Source of the DNA: Eledone cirrhosa
Lineage: Eukaryota
Direction: 5' to 3'
Length of the DNA stretch: 64,000 nucleotides
Assembly: GCA_964016885.1 (NCBI GenBank)
Contig: OZ024760.1
Location: 6,262,001 to 6,326,000 of the forward strand
In this document: positions 1 through 10,385 of the stretch, piece by piece
How positions within the stretch are numbered: the stretch's first letter is position 1
Layout: each line of letters starts with the position of its first letter
Position numbers and translations under genes: made by a program
Notes under the pieces: generated by a model
What the model saw: only the letters and a program-made list of their open reading frames with translations
Database searches by the model: none
Told to the model about the DNA's origin: nothing

Positions 1-1449
1 ACAGTTTTGGAGTGATGGTACTGTCTGTAAATATGTTAGGGGGTTGGAAATACCTTCAAATTTACAGTTTTGGAGTGATGGTACTGTCTGTAAATGTGTT
101 AGGGGGTTGGAAATACCTTCAAATTTACAGTTTTGGAGTGATGGTACTGTCTGTAAATATGTTAGGGGGTTGGAAATACCTTCAAATTTACAGTTTTGGA
201 GTGATGGTACTGTCTGTAAATATGTTAGGGGGTTGGAAATACCTTCAAATTTACAGTTTTGGAGTGATGGTACTGTCTGTAAATATGTTAGGGGGTTGGA
301 AATACCTTCAAATTTACAGTTTTGGAGTGATGGTACTGTCTGTAAATGTGTTAGGGGGTTGGAAATACCTTCAAATTTACAGTTTTGGAGTGATGGTACT
401 GTCTGTAAATATGTTAGGGGGTTGGAAATACCTTCAAATTTACAGTTTTGGAGTGATGGTACTGTCTGTAAATGTGTTAGGGGGTTGGAAATACCTTCAA
501 ATTTACAGTTTTGGAGTGATGGTACTGTCTGTAAATATGTTAGGGGGTTGGAAATACCTTCAAATTTACAGTTTTGGAGTGATGGTACTGTCTGTAAATA
601 TGTTAGGGGGTTGGAAATACCTTCAAATTTACAGTTTTGGAGTGATGGTACTGTCTGTAAATGTGTTAGGGGGTTGGAAATACCTTCAAATTTACAGTTT
701 TGGAGTGATGGTACTGTCTGTAAATATGTTAGGGGGTTGGAAATACCTTCAAATTTACAGTTTTGGAGTGATGGTACTGTCTGTAAATGTGTTAGGGGGT
801 TGGAAATACCTTCAAATTTACAGTTTTGGAGTGATGGTACTGTCTGTAAATGTGTTAGGGGGTTGGAAATACCTTCAAATTTACAGTTTTGGAGTGATGG
901 TACTGTCTGTAAATATGTTAGGGGGTTGGAAATACCTTCAAATTTACAGTTTTGGAGTGATGGTACTGTCTGTAAATATGTTAGGGGGTTGGAAATACCT
1001 TCAAATTTACAGTTTTGGAGTGATGGTACTGTCTGTAAATGTGTTAGGGGGTTGGAAATACCTTCAAATTTACAGTTTTGGAGTGATGGTACTGTCTGTA
1101 AATGTGTTAGGGGGTTGGAAATACCTTCAAATTTACAGTTTTGGAGTGATGGTACTGTCTGTAAATATGTTAGGGGGTTGGAAATACCTTCAAATTTACA
1201 GTTTTGGAGTGATGGTACTGTCTGTAAATGTGTTAGGGGGTTGGAAATACCTTCAAATTTACAGTTTTGGAGTGATGGTACTGTCTGTAAATATGTTAGG
1301 GGGTTGGAAATACCTTCAAATTTACAGTTTTGGAGTGATGGTACTGTCTGTAAATGTGTTAGGGGGTTGGAAATACCTTCAAATTTACAGTTTTGGAGTG
1401 ATGGTACTGTCTGTAAATGTGTTAGGGGGTTGGAAATACCTTCAAATTT
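1..1449. repeat. 63-bp tandem minisatellite, 23 copies (runs off the window start)
   Basis: Unit ACAGTTTTGGAGTGATGGTACTGTCTGTAAAT(A/G)TGTTAGGGGGTTGGAAATACCTTCAAATTT repeats at period 63 with one variable site. A degenerate copy follows at about 1450-1535. Confidence 0.97.
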
Positions 1450-1534
1450 GGGGTGATGGTAATACCTGTAAATTAACACTTCACACACTGTGGTATAATT
1501 TCTAATGTGTTAGGGGGTTGGAAATACCGTCCAA

Positions 1535-1588
<54 letters not shown>

Positions 1589-1592
<4 letters not shown>

Positions 1593-1788
1593 AACAAGTA
1601 GGACCCAGACGGCTGAGCTCAGCCGTTTCAACGGCTAATTCTGGACTAGTCCAGAATTAGCCGTCGAAACGGCTTGAGCTCAGCCGTCGGGGTCCTACTC
1701 GTTCCTATTACCCACTCTACTACCCTAAGTATTGAGTACTTTGGTGCGTTATGGTCCACCTGATTCCTTACCACATTTCCTTTGTTTT
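1589..1788 (+). mobile_element. Short (TA)n-embedded element with 5' fold-back palindrome and partial hammerhead (family P1)
   Basis: About 60-bp inverted arms at 1588-1708 centred on ACTAGT (1645-1650), followed by a unique tail containing GTATTGAGTAC. (TA)n on both sides. Near-identical copy at 62804-62991. Confidence 0.8.
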
Positions 1789-1812
1789 ATATATATATAT
1801 ATATATATATAT

Positions 1813-2045
1813 GTAGGAGGTGAGTTTTATTGTAGTACAATAAAGCAATACAGATATCGGATAACTACTTTTCATATGTTGATTTAAAACTGCACTATTC
1901 ACAAGTGTTTTTTAACCTTCATATCATGTCTCCCTATTTTATCTGACGAAAACGCAAATGTCATCGCATGATGATATTTGTTTTTGAAATGCGCATAATA
2001 AAATACATGGAACTCTTTTAACAATCTTTTGATCTTATATATTAT
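1813..2045 (+). mobile_element. (TA)n-flanked hammerhead-carrying dispersed element (family H1)
   Basis: Second copy at about 47972-48235 with an extra internal segment. Both are bounded by (TA)n. Confidence 0.8.
1935..2005 (+). ncRNA. Type I hammerhead ribozyme motif, minimal stem III
   Basis: TATTTTAT-CTGACGA(1943-1949)-stem II caaatgtcatc/gatgatatttg-GAAA(1986-1989)-TGCGCA-TA-ATAAAATA. Stem I is 8 bp, stem III is the palindrome ATGCGCAT, triplet AUA. Confidence 0.8.
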
Positions 2046-2306
2046 ATATATATATATGAAAAGGGAAGTAAGGTTCTATATATATTATAGAGGAAAGGTG
2101 AAATTGGAAATAGCACTGAAAATATATTTAAGGGTCTGTTTTTCTTTTTTTCCTCTCTTTGATTCGTCAAAGTGACATTATTGAAAAAATGAGAGGGACA
2201 ATTCTTTTAAAAAAAGTTTTATAAAGTGTATAAGGTATTACCAGTTTCGATGTATTAGTAAAATTCATCTTATCAAATGTTGAGTATTACAATTAAAAAG
2301 AATTGA

Positions 2307-2506
2307 GATCATAGGGATTGGGGTCCCTATCATTCCACTGCAAAGTGGTCGTGAAGGTGCCACGGCAAAAAAGCACCCAGCACTCACTGTAAATGAGGTT
2401 GGTATTAGGAAGGGCATCCAGCTGTAGAAATCAAGCCAGAATCAGTTCCCGTCCCACCCTGGCAAGCAGGGATAAGTGGACGTAAAATGAAATGAAAATG
2501 AAATGA
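2307..2506 (+). mobile_element. SINE family A, 5'-truncated
   Basis: Matches the 3' half of the full copy at 38596-38935. Confidence 0.85.
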
Positions 2507-3141
2507 TACATACATACACATAGTTCCCACAGATGTCTCAAGTATCAACACAGGATTTTCTTTATCCAACATCAGCCCCACCAACACCACACCCCACCCC
2601 CACCACACCACCCACCATGTCTTAACCCTCTCTCCACAATTATTCTCTCATGCATGACCTTCAAATACACCCAGTTTTCCTTAATTATTAAAAACAACAA
2701 CCTGTACTTAAATTGGGGCAATATTTTAAGCCTATATAAATTACATATCTCTATATTAAAATTTCAGTAATTAAATATTTTATTTCTAATTAATAATTAA
2801 TGAGAAAGCACATTCTCAAATATCTGTTTTTTTTAATTTTATTTTTAGTTTATTTAGTTTATATTTATTTTAATTTTTTTATTTTTTTATAAAAAATTTT
2901 TTTTTATTGATTTTATCATTTTTCTTATTTTTTATTTATTTAAAAATTTTTTTATTATTTTAAAAATTATTACAAAATAATTTTTTATTTTTTTATTTTT
3001 CAATTTACTTTTTTTTAATTGTTATTTTTATTTAATATTTTTTTCTTGTTTTTCTGTAATTTGTGTTAGTTTCAGACCTGGCTATGTGGTTAAACAGTTT
3101 CAATTTGGAATTGTGTTGTTTTTGTTGCTTTCTTTTGTGGA

Positions 3142-3571
3142 GTGGGCGGATGGCTGTGTAGTGGTGGGACATGATACCACTGTAGGGGTGGGCGGATGGC
3201 TGTGTAGTGGTGGGACATGATACCACTGTAGGGGTGGGCGGATGGCTGTGTAGTGGTGGGACATGATACCACTGTAGGGGTGGGCGGATGGCTGTGTAGT
3301 GGTGGGACATGATACCACTGTAGGGGTGGGCGAATGGCTGTGTAGTGGTGGGACATGATACCACTGTAGGGGTGGGTGGATGGCTGTGTAGGGGTGGGTG
3401 GATGGATGTGTAGTGGTGGGACTTGATACCACTGTAGGGGTGGGTGGATGGTTGTGTAATGGTGGGACTTGATACCACTGTAGGGGTGGGCGGATGGTTG
3501 TGTAGGAGTGGGCGGATGGTTGTGGAGGAGTGGGCGGATGGATGTGTAGTGGTGGGACTTGATACCACTGT
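3142..3571. repeat. 46-bp G-rich minisatellite with shortened variant units
   Basis: GTGGGCGGATGGCTGTGTAGTGGTGGGACATGATACCACTGTAGGG at 3142, 3188, 3234 and onward. Distal units are degenerate. Confidence 0.9.
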
Positions 3572-3652
3572 ATGGTGTCTTCTACCATGCTGGTCAATCA
3601 ATGTACCTTGGGTGTGTATTTGATAGACAGAAACGGTACAGGAAGCCTGGTA

Positions 3653-3706
<54 letters not shown>

Positions 3707-4215
3707 AAATGATAAGAAACGAAGTGAGCTGTGTGGTTACTGTAAACAAAGTTTAAGATGATAGTATGGATGAAAGAAGAAAAGAAAAGAAAAGAAAAGA
3801 AGAAAAGAAGAAAAGAATCCTTCATCAGCTGTAAACCGAGATCAAGATGTTTTGGCACTTGATACAGGACATCTATAAGCAATCAGTGGTGCGCTCAAGG
3901 TCTTTTCTCAATCAAAAGGCCAGGAGGGAAAGAAGAGAAAAAGGAAGGAAAAATCAGAAGAAAAAAAATTAATTATATATATATATAATTAATTATATAT
4001 CTAAAATTAATTTAATTAAATTAAATTAAGGGAGTCATGTCCGAGACATGCGCCATATCCACTGTAGAATAAGCTCAAAGATTCCAATGAATAGATCAGA
4101 GCATTTTATATCAACTAGAAATTGATCGACATATATATATATATATCTAAAATAAATGATTACACACTTTACAAATTATCCCCTGTGATTGTTTCATGTG
4201 TTTATTTTAAATATA

Positions 4216-4558
4216 TCATCATCATCATCATCATCATTTCATTTTACGTCCACTTTTCCCTGCTTGCAAGGGTGGGACGGGAACTGATTCTGGCTTGATT
4301 TCTACAGCTGGATGCCCTTCCTAACACCAACCTCATTTACAGTGAGTGCTGGGTGCTTTTTTTCCGTGGCACCTACACGACCACTTTGCAGTGGAATGAT
4401 AGGGACCCCAGTCCCTATCATCTCATTTCTACAGCTGAGTAAACTGGAGCAATGTGAAATAAAGTGTCTTGCTCAAGGAAACAACACATCACCCGGTCTG
4501 AGAATTGAACTCACAACCTTTCGATTGCAAGGCCAATGCTCTAACCACTAAGCCATGT
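4216..4558 (-). mobile_element. SINE family A, full length (tRNA-like head, CORE-like centre, RTE-derived tail)
   Basis: Reverse complement of 38596-38935, ending in an (ATG)n tail. Confidence 0.9.
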
Positions 4559-4865
4559 ACCTCCATATATATATATATATATATAATTAATTACAACAGT
4601 GATATGTACAGGTAGTTAAGTTTCGTTGGGTTATACACCTCAATTCATTCAACATCAACCTGTTATATAAATGGTGTCACTATTCCATAACTTGTGTATC
4701 AATTACTCACTCATTGAGTGCTTTGTGACAGCCTCCTATAATTTGATTGTTCATCTGCTATTGTGCAGCTGCAACTTCAATTATACCTGTGTTGTCCTTA
4801 ATGTTTTACTTTGTGTCAACCCTTGTGGTCATTAAAGAAAGCATTATTATTATTATTATTATAAT

Positions 4866-5075
4866 GGTGGTGGATTGGCAGTATCGGTAGAGTGTCAGGC
4901 ATGCTTAGCGGCATAGAGTTATGGCCCTTTACGTTCTGGGTTTAGATCCCACTGAGGTTAACTTTGCCTTTCATTCTTATAAAATAAAGTACCAGTAATG
5001 CACTAGGGTCTATTTAATCGACTCCTTCCCCCCAAATTACTGACCTTGTGCCTATACTAGAAATCATTATCATTA
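4866..5075 (+). mobile_element. SINE family B (tRNA-like head, CTTTGCCTTTCATCC..GATAAAATAAAGTACCAG centre)
   Basis: Diverged copy of the 8018-8210 element. Confidence 0.8.
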
Positions 5076-5147
5076 TTGTATTGTCCCCTATATGTTGTCA
5101 GCCCTTGTGACCAATAAATGAAACCATTATTATTATTATATATATTT

Positions 5148-5200
<53 letters not shown>

Positions 5201-5220
5201 CAAATGTATATATATATATC

Positions 5221-5530
5221 TTGCGATCGAAAGGTTGTGAGTTCAATTCTCAGACCGGGTGATGTGTTGTTTCCTTGAGCAAGACACTTTATTTCAGATT
5301 GCTCCAGTTTACTCAGCTGTAGAAATGAGATGATAGGGACTGGGGTCCCTATCATTCCACTGCAAAGTGGTCATGGAGGTGTCGCGGCAAAAAAGCACCC
5401 CGCACTCACTGTAAATGAGGTTGGTGTTAGGAAGGGCATCCAGCTGTAGAAATCAAGCCAGAATCAGTTCCCGTCCCACCCTTGCAAGCAGGGAAAAGCG
5501 AACGTAAAATGATGATGATGATGATGATGA
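5221..5530 (+). mobile_element. SINE family A, head clipped
   Basis: Colinear with 38626-38935, with (ATG)n tail. Confidence 0.9.
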
Positions 5531-5620
5531 TATATATATATGTATATACACACGCATGTTGGTAGAAATCTGTAGATGAAAGATGAAAGAATACAGTGTT
5601 CAATCTGTGGAAGAGAGCTT

Positions 5621-5783
5621 ATATAGTATAACCAAAGTTTCATACACTTAGCATGTATGTGCTTCTGAATGAAGGGCCAGTTTAAAAGTGCCTCTTCCAT
5701 TACACAGTGGTGGCCATGACTGGACCCTGAAACCATTGGTAGTATATACATGCTAAGTGTATGAAACTTTGTTTATACTATAT
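5621..5783 (+). ncRNA. Hammerhead-like motif with variant core and ~42-bp stem I
   Basis: CTGAATGA(5665-5672)-agggccagt...actggaccct-GAAA(5729-5732)-CCATTGG-TA, enclosed by inverted arms 5621-5662 and 5742-5783. The core has one extra nucleotide. Confidence 0.5.
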
Positions 5784-5896
5784 CATCATCATCATCATTG
5801 TCATTTAACGACCACCTTCCACGCTAGCATGGGTTAGACGGGTTGTCTCATTTGAAGCAGGTTGGGTCAGGTGACAGTATCCTGCTCATACAGAAC

Positions 5897-5935
<39 letters not shown>

Positions 5936-5957
5936 CAGGTGACATATATACATATAT

Positions 5958-6255
5958 ATGTGTCTGAGAGGGATAGATTGTAGTGTGCAAGAGAGGAGAC
6001 TGCGATGGTATGGACATGTGATGCGCATGGAGGATGACCGATGGGTGAAGAAGTGCCAGGAAATGCCAGTTGAAGGAAGTCGTGGTAGAGGTAGACCAAG
6101 AAAAACATGGGCGGAGATGGTGAGAGCAGACCTCAGATCATTGAAGCTCACGGTGGAGATGACGAAGGACCGTGACGAGTGGAGAGATGCTGTGCTGAAT
6201 AAGACCCGTCCCACCCTTGCAAGCAGGGAAAAGCAGACGTAAAATGATGATGATG
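5958..6255 (+). mobile_element. RTE-clade LINE 3' end (5'-truncated)
   Basis: ORF RRLRWYGHVMRM...GRGRPRKTW...DRDEWR is the typical RTE ORF C-terminus. The stop is followed directly by an (ATG)n tail. Confidence 0.85.
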
Positions 6256-6454
6256 TATACATACACACACACACATGTGTGTGTATGTCTGGTTGTGGTG
6301 GTGGTAATGATAGTGATGGCATTGATGCTGTTGATGATGATTGCAATGGCAATAATGATGATGATGGTGATGAAAGCAATGCCCTCATATTTTCACCATT
6401 TCAGCAACAATTGTTTTGACTGCTTTCCAAATCTGTTGAGCACCACTGAAAGAC

Positions 6455-6742
6455 ACCACCACTACTACTACTACTATTACTATTATTACTACTACTACTA
6501 CTGCTGCTGCTACTACTACCACGACCACCATCACTCTTACTAATACTACTACTACCACCACCACCACCACTACTACAACAACTACTACCATTGCTACTAC
6601 TACTATTACCACTGCTGCTACTACTGCGATCACCATTACCACCACTACCACCACCACCACCGCTGCTACTACTACTACTACTACTACTATTACTAACACC
6701 ACCATTACTACCTCCACTACCATTACTACTACTATTACCAAC

Positions 6743-6774
<32 letters not shown>

Positions 6775-6985
6775 CACCACCACCACCACTACTACCACCA
6801 CTACTACTACTACTACCACTACCACCACCACTACTACTACTATTACTACCATCATTACTACCTCCACTACCATTACTACTACTATTACCAACACTACCAC
6901 CACTACTACTACTACCACCACCACCATCACCACCACCACTACTACTACCACCACTACCATCACTACTACCACCACTACTACTGGT
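6455..6985. repeat. (ACT/ACC)n trinucleotide low-complexity tract
   Basis: Direct reading. Similar tracts at 11260-11640, 30295-31200, 41860-42280, 46090-46340, 50360-51780 and 63455-63775. Confidence 0.9.
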
Positions 6986-7389
6986 TCTGGGTGTGTTGGA
7001 ACTTTGACAAAATACAGTCTGTAACCATTACATCATCTGATATCGTCCCTCACCACCAGCTACCAGCACCACCACCACCACAACCCCAGCTACCAGCACC
7101 ACCACCACCACCAAGAACAACAACAGGAGGAGGAGGGAAATGAGAGAGAGGGAATGAAGGAGGGCTGATGAGGAGGGAGAGAGAGAGAGAGTGAAGGAGG
7201 GAGAGAAAGAGATTAGGAGAGAAAAGTTGAAGAAGGGAAGGAGAAAGAAAGAGAGAGGGTGAGAGATGAGAGGAAAGGAGTGTCTGTATGATTAAAAGAG
7301 AAAAAGGAAGAGAAAGTGTTTGTATGAGAGAGCGGGAGAGCTTCAGACAATTTGGATGTTTTGAGAGAATGTTTTACGATCGGATACCA

Positions 7390-7972
7390 AAGACTTTACC
7401 TCACATAATTATCTTACATAATATCGAATCTGAGATTTTGATATTTATTTTGAGAACAATACTTTAACATTGGTATGAGTGACCAGTTATTGCCGGTTTG
7501 AACAGAAAGAGGCAAGAGAATTCTGGCCGGGTATGGCTGGTTTAACCCTTTAATGTTCAAACCAGACAAAACCGGCTGAATTCTCTACCTCTTTCTGTTG
7601 AAACTGGCTGTAACTGGCCACTCAAACTGATGTTAAGGTATTGTTCTCAAAATAAATACTTTCAAAATCTCATAGATTCGATATTATGTGAGATAATTAT
7701 GTGAGATAAAGCCTTTACCATGAAAATATAATAGTATATATAGAGTAATGTGAATGTTAAAGGGTTAAACTTTTATTGCTTCTTTAACCCTTTAACATTT
7801 AAGCTGACCATATCTGGCCAGAATTCTCTCACCTATTTCTGTTCAAACCGGCCATAACTGGCCATTCATACTTAAAATAAGTAATATCAAAATCTCATAG
7901 ATACGATACTATGTGCCTTTACTGTGAAAATACAATAGTATATATAGAGTAATATAAATGATAAAAGGTTAA
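7390..7972. mobile_element. Cluster of three piggyBac-type MITE copies (family C)
   Basis: TTAA-CCCTTTA...TAAAGGG-TTAA termini at 7543-7768 and 7784-7972, plus an inverted partial copy at 7390-7545. The internal sequence is shared with 39519-39733. Confidence 0.75.
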
Positions 7973-8017
7973 ACTTTCATTGCTTCTTTAAATGTATTAT
8001 TTTCTGTCTTAACTCAA

Positions 8018-8210
8018 GGGCGGTGGATTGGCAGTATCGGTAGAGGGTTGGACGCCATGCTTTGACGCATAGAGTTACGGCCCTTGCCATTCTGAGTTCA
8101 AATCCCGCTAAGGTTAACTTTGCCTTTCATCCTTATGGGGTCGATAAAATAAAGTACCAGTAATACACTGGGTAATTGCTGGCCTTGTGCCAAAAGTAGA
8201 AACAATTATT
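8018..8210 (+). mobile_element. SINE family B, full length with 19-bp TSD
   Basis: A-box-like TGGCAGTATCGG and B-box-like GAGTTCAAATCC. TSD ATTATTTTCTGTCTTAACT at 7996-8014 and 8205-8223. Confidence 0.9.
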
Positions 8211-8274
8211 TTCTGTCTTAACTTTTCGATCAACCTTGAAATATTTAATAACTTTCCATTTCTTTATATTTCAG

Positions 8275-8309
8275 GTATGTACTAAACAATGTTTTGTAAT
8301 TTGGGTAAG
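8275..8309 (+). other. Candidate micro-exon or recursive splice site
   Basis: Pyrimidine tract TTTCCATTTCTTTATATTTCAG|GTATGT, then AAG|GTAAGT 35 nt downstream. Splice signals only. Confidence 0.25.
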
Positions 8310-8415
8310 GTAAGTTGTTTTTGAATTTTTATTTTACTTTGTTAGTTTTTTTTTTTCTTTCTGAAGGTACATACATGTTAATTTTCTTCTCAACTAGTGA
8401 GAAACACCAACTTAA

Positions 8416-8524
8416 CCTTTAGGATGCTGAATTATTTTTATGAATTACTTCCCTTGACACTGTATTATGTATTAAGGGAAGATTACTCTATTGGCGACTT
8501 ACTGTGCCTAGAGCCTTCAGAAGG
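8416..8524. mobile_element. ~110-bp TTAA-type MITE (family D), diverged
   Basis: Inverted homologue of 47076-47183. Confidence 0.6.
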
Positions 8525-8668
8525 CTAATTAGAGGGAGAGAAGAGAGGGAGAGAGAGAAGCAGATTAGTGAGAGCAATGTTAAACAAAAATATTTAAAAT
8601 AAAAAAAAATTTAATGAAACAAAAAAAGGAAAGGAAAGAACAAAAATAGGGAGGGAGAAACTCTAAAC

Positions 8669-9000
8669 CAGAGGTTCTCAAACTGTTTGCCCCCCCCCCT
8701 TCACCGCCACGTAATACCCTCAGCACCCCCAACCCTATTTCCAGAGAGACCTGCCTACAAATATAATATATACTATGTATAAATAAATATATATTTATAT
8801 ATAATATGTATCATTTGATATTTAATATACTATTATATCATCTCTACTACTCCCCCATTTCCCCCATTAGGCTACAGCGCCCCCCTGGACCTTCTCAATG
8901 CTCCCCAGGGGGTCGGTAGTGTTGCCCCTTAGGTTCCAGTGTCCCCTGGACCTTCTCAATGCCCCCCATGGGGTGGTAGTGCCCACTTTGAGAACCTCTG
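8669..9000. mobile_element. hAT (Charlie-like) MITE
   Basis: 14-bp TIRs CAGAGGTTCTCAAA/TTTGAGAACCTCTG and an 8-bp TSD CTCTAAAC/CTCTACAC with one mismatch. Confidence 0.85.
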
Positions 9001-9389
9001 CTCTACACCCTAATCTGAGTGGTGTTTCAGACATGCCCCCACAGATAAAATGACAAAGGCATTGCCACATCTGCTGTAGCAGCCACTCCACCTCACGGGG
9101 GGGGGGGGGGGGGGGGGGCTACTTCCTCAGCCAGGCTGATGTCTTTCTGATTTTGTTGAGGAAATCAGTAATACAGAGAACAACTTATTTTGCTGTTATT
9201 AACCTTATATTGTTGTTATGGAAATGAGTTTATGCTTAGGGACATATATGTCCTCCATTTCAAAGATATCACCTTCTGCTACAAGTTTTGGCATTTTAGG
9301 AGGGAAAAGGAGGCAAATTTTGATGAGTTAGTTTGTAAATGTTTTAGTGCCAAAAACATACTAAAATGTTCCTTTACCCTCTACCCAAA

Positions 9390-9670
9390 GTGTATCAAAG
9401 ATATAACTGGTACATCTTTTACATTCCCAACCTTTGTATATCAAAATTATAACTGGGACATCTTTTGAAATGTGTGTCAAAGATATAACTGGGACATCTT
9501 TTACATTTCCAGCTTTTGTGTATCAAAGTTATAACTGGGATATTTTTTTTTAAATGTGTGTCAAAGATATAACTGGTACGTCTTTTACCTTCCCAGCCTT
9601 ATAACTGGGACATTTGTTACTTCCTATCTCAAGTGACTAAAAGATATTACTGGTATATCTGTTATCCCCA
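9390..9670. repeat. Degenerate tandem repeat (TCAAAGATATAACTGG core)
   Basis: The core recurs about 7 times with irregular spacing. Confidence 0.7.
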
Positions 9671-9860
9671 CCTCTTGTTACTTCCTATCTCACTGCTTAA
9701 ATACCCACCTTGACTGCTTTTAGTCACTGTCCACATGAGGTGAAATTCATTCTGAGAAAATGGTATAGACCAGACTAACTAATTTTAATTTCATCTCACT
9801 GTTGTAACTAATTATACTTGGATATTTCTACCAAACTTATACTACAGTATATATATATAT

Positions 9861-10262
9861 CATCATCATCATCATCGTTTAACGTCCATGTTCCACGCTT
9901 GCATGGGTTTGGACGGGAGTTTTCCCACTTGAGGCAAGAGTGGTTGTCTGGCGGGTTTTCTACAGCTGGATGCCCTTCCTAACACCAACCACATTTACAG
10001 TGTGGGGCTGGGAGGTTTTTACCGTGTTGCCTACACGGCCACATTACAGCGTGGACTGTGTGTTTTTTTGTCGTGACATCTATACATATATATATATCAT
10101 CATCATTATCATCATTGTTTAATGCCCATCTTCCACGCTAGCATGGATTGGATGGTTTTGACCCACTTGAGGCGAGATTGGTAGGGAAACCGTGTCTCGC
10201 TCGTACAGAACTGTTTCTGGCAGTTTTCTATGACTGAATGCTCTTCCTAACACCAACCACAT
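9861..10262 (-). mobile_element. Two 3' fragments of a SINE A-related subfamily (A2)
   Basis: (CAT)n-GTTTAACGTCC..TTCCACGCT(T/A)GCATGGG tail and GGATGCCCTTCCTAACACCAACC motif. Homologue at 22850-23095. Confidence 0.75.
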
Positions 10263-10276
10263 TTATATATAAATTT

Positions 10277-10385
10277 TAATGGCTTCTACAGAGTAGAACT
10301 GTTTCATTAAAAGAAAAATCATCAGGAAAGCTTTCTTGATGATTTTTTTTTAATGAAACAGTTCTAGCCCTGTAGAAGGCCATTT
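10277..10385. ncRNA. Palindrome carrying two back-to-back hammerhead-like motifs (family P2)
   Basis: Centre GAAAGCTTTC (10326-10335). Minus arm: CTGATGA...GAAA-CAG..CTG-TA. Plus arm: TTGATGA...GAAA-CAG..CTG-TA-GAAGGC. Stem II pairs poorly. Confidence 0.5.

Noticed and set aside
12-1505. 497-aa and 470-aa ORFs
   Set aside because: They are translations of a 63-bp tandem unit that lacks stops in two frames. There is no unique domain or splice context.
2237-2280. Minus-strand TTGATAA-GATG..CATC-GAAA-CTGG-TA as an intact hammerhead (similar cases at 14902-14950 and 63083-63145)
   Set aside because: Stem I or the core box is broken, so these are counted only as probable decayed relics.
3822-3830. 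Isolated CTGATGA matches (also about 7165, 55278 and 60387)
   Set aside because: No stem II-GAAA-stem III-UH arrangement follows them.
4312-4551. 79-aa ORF recurring at 23893, 26042 and 38605
   Set aside because: It is the antisense translation of SINE family A.
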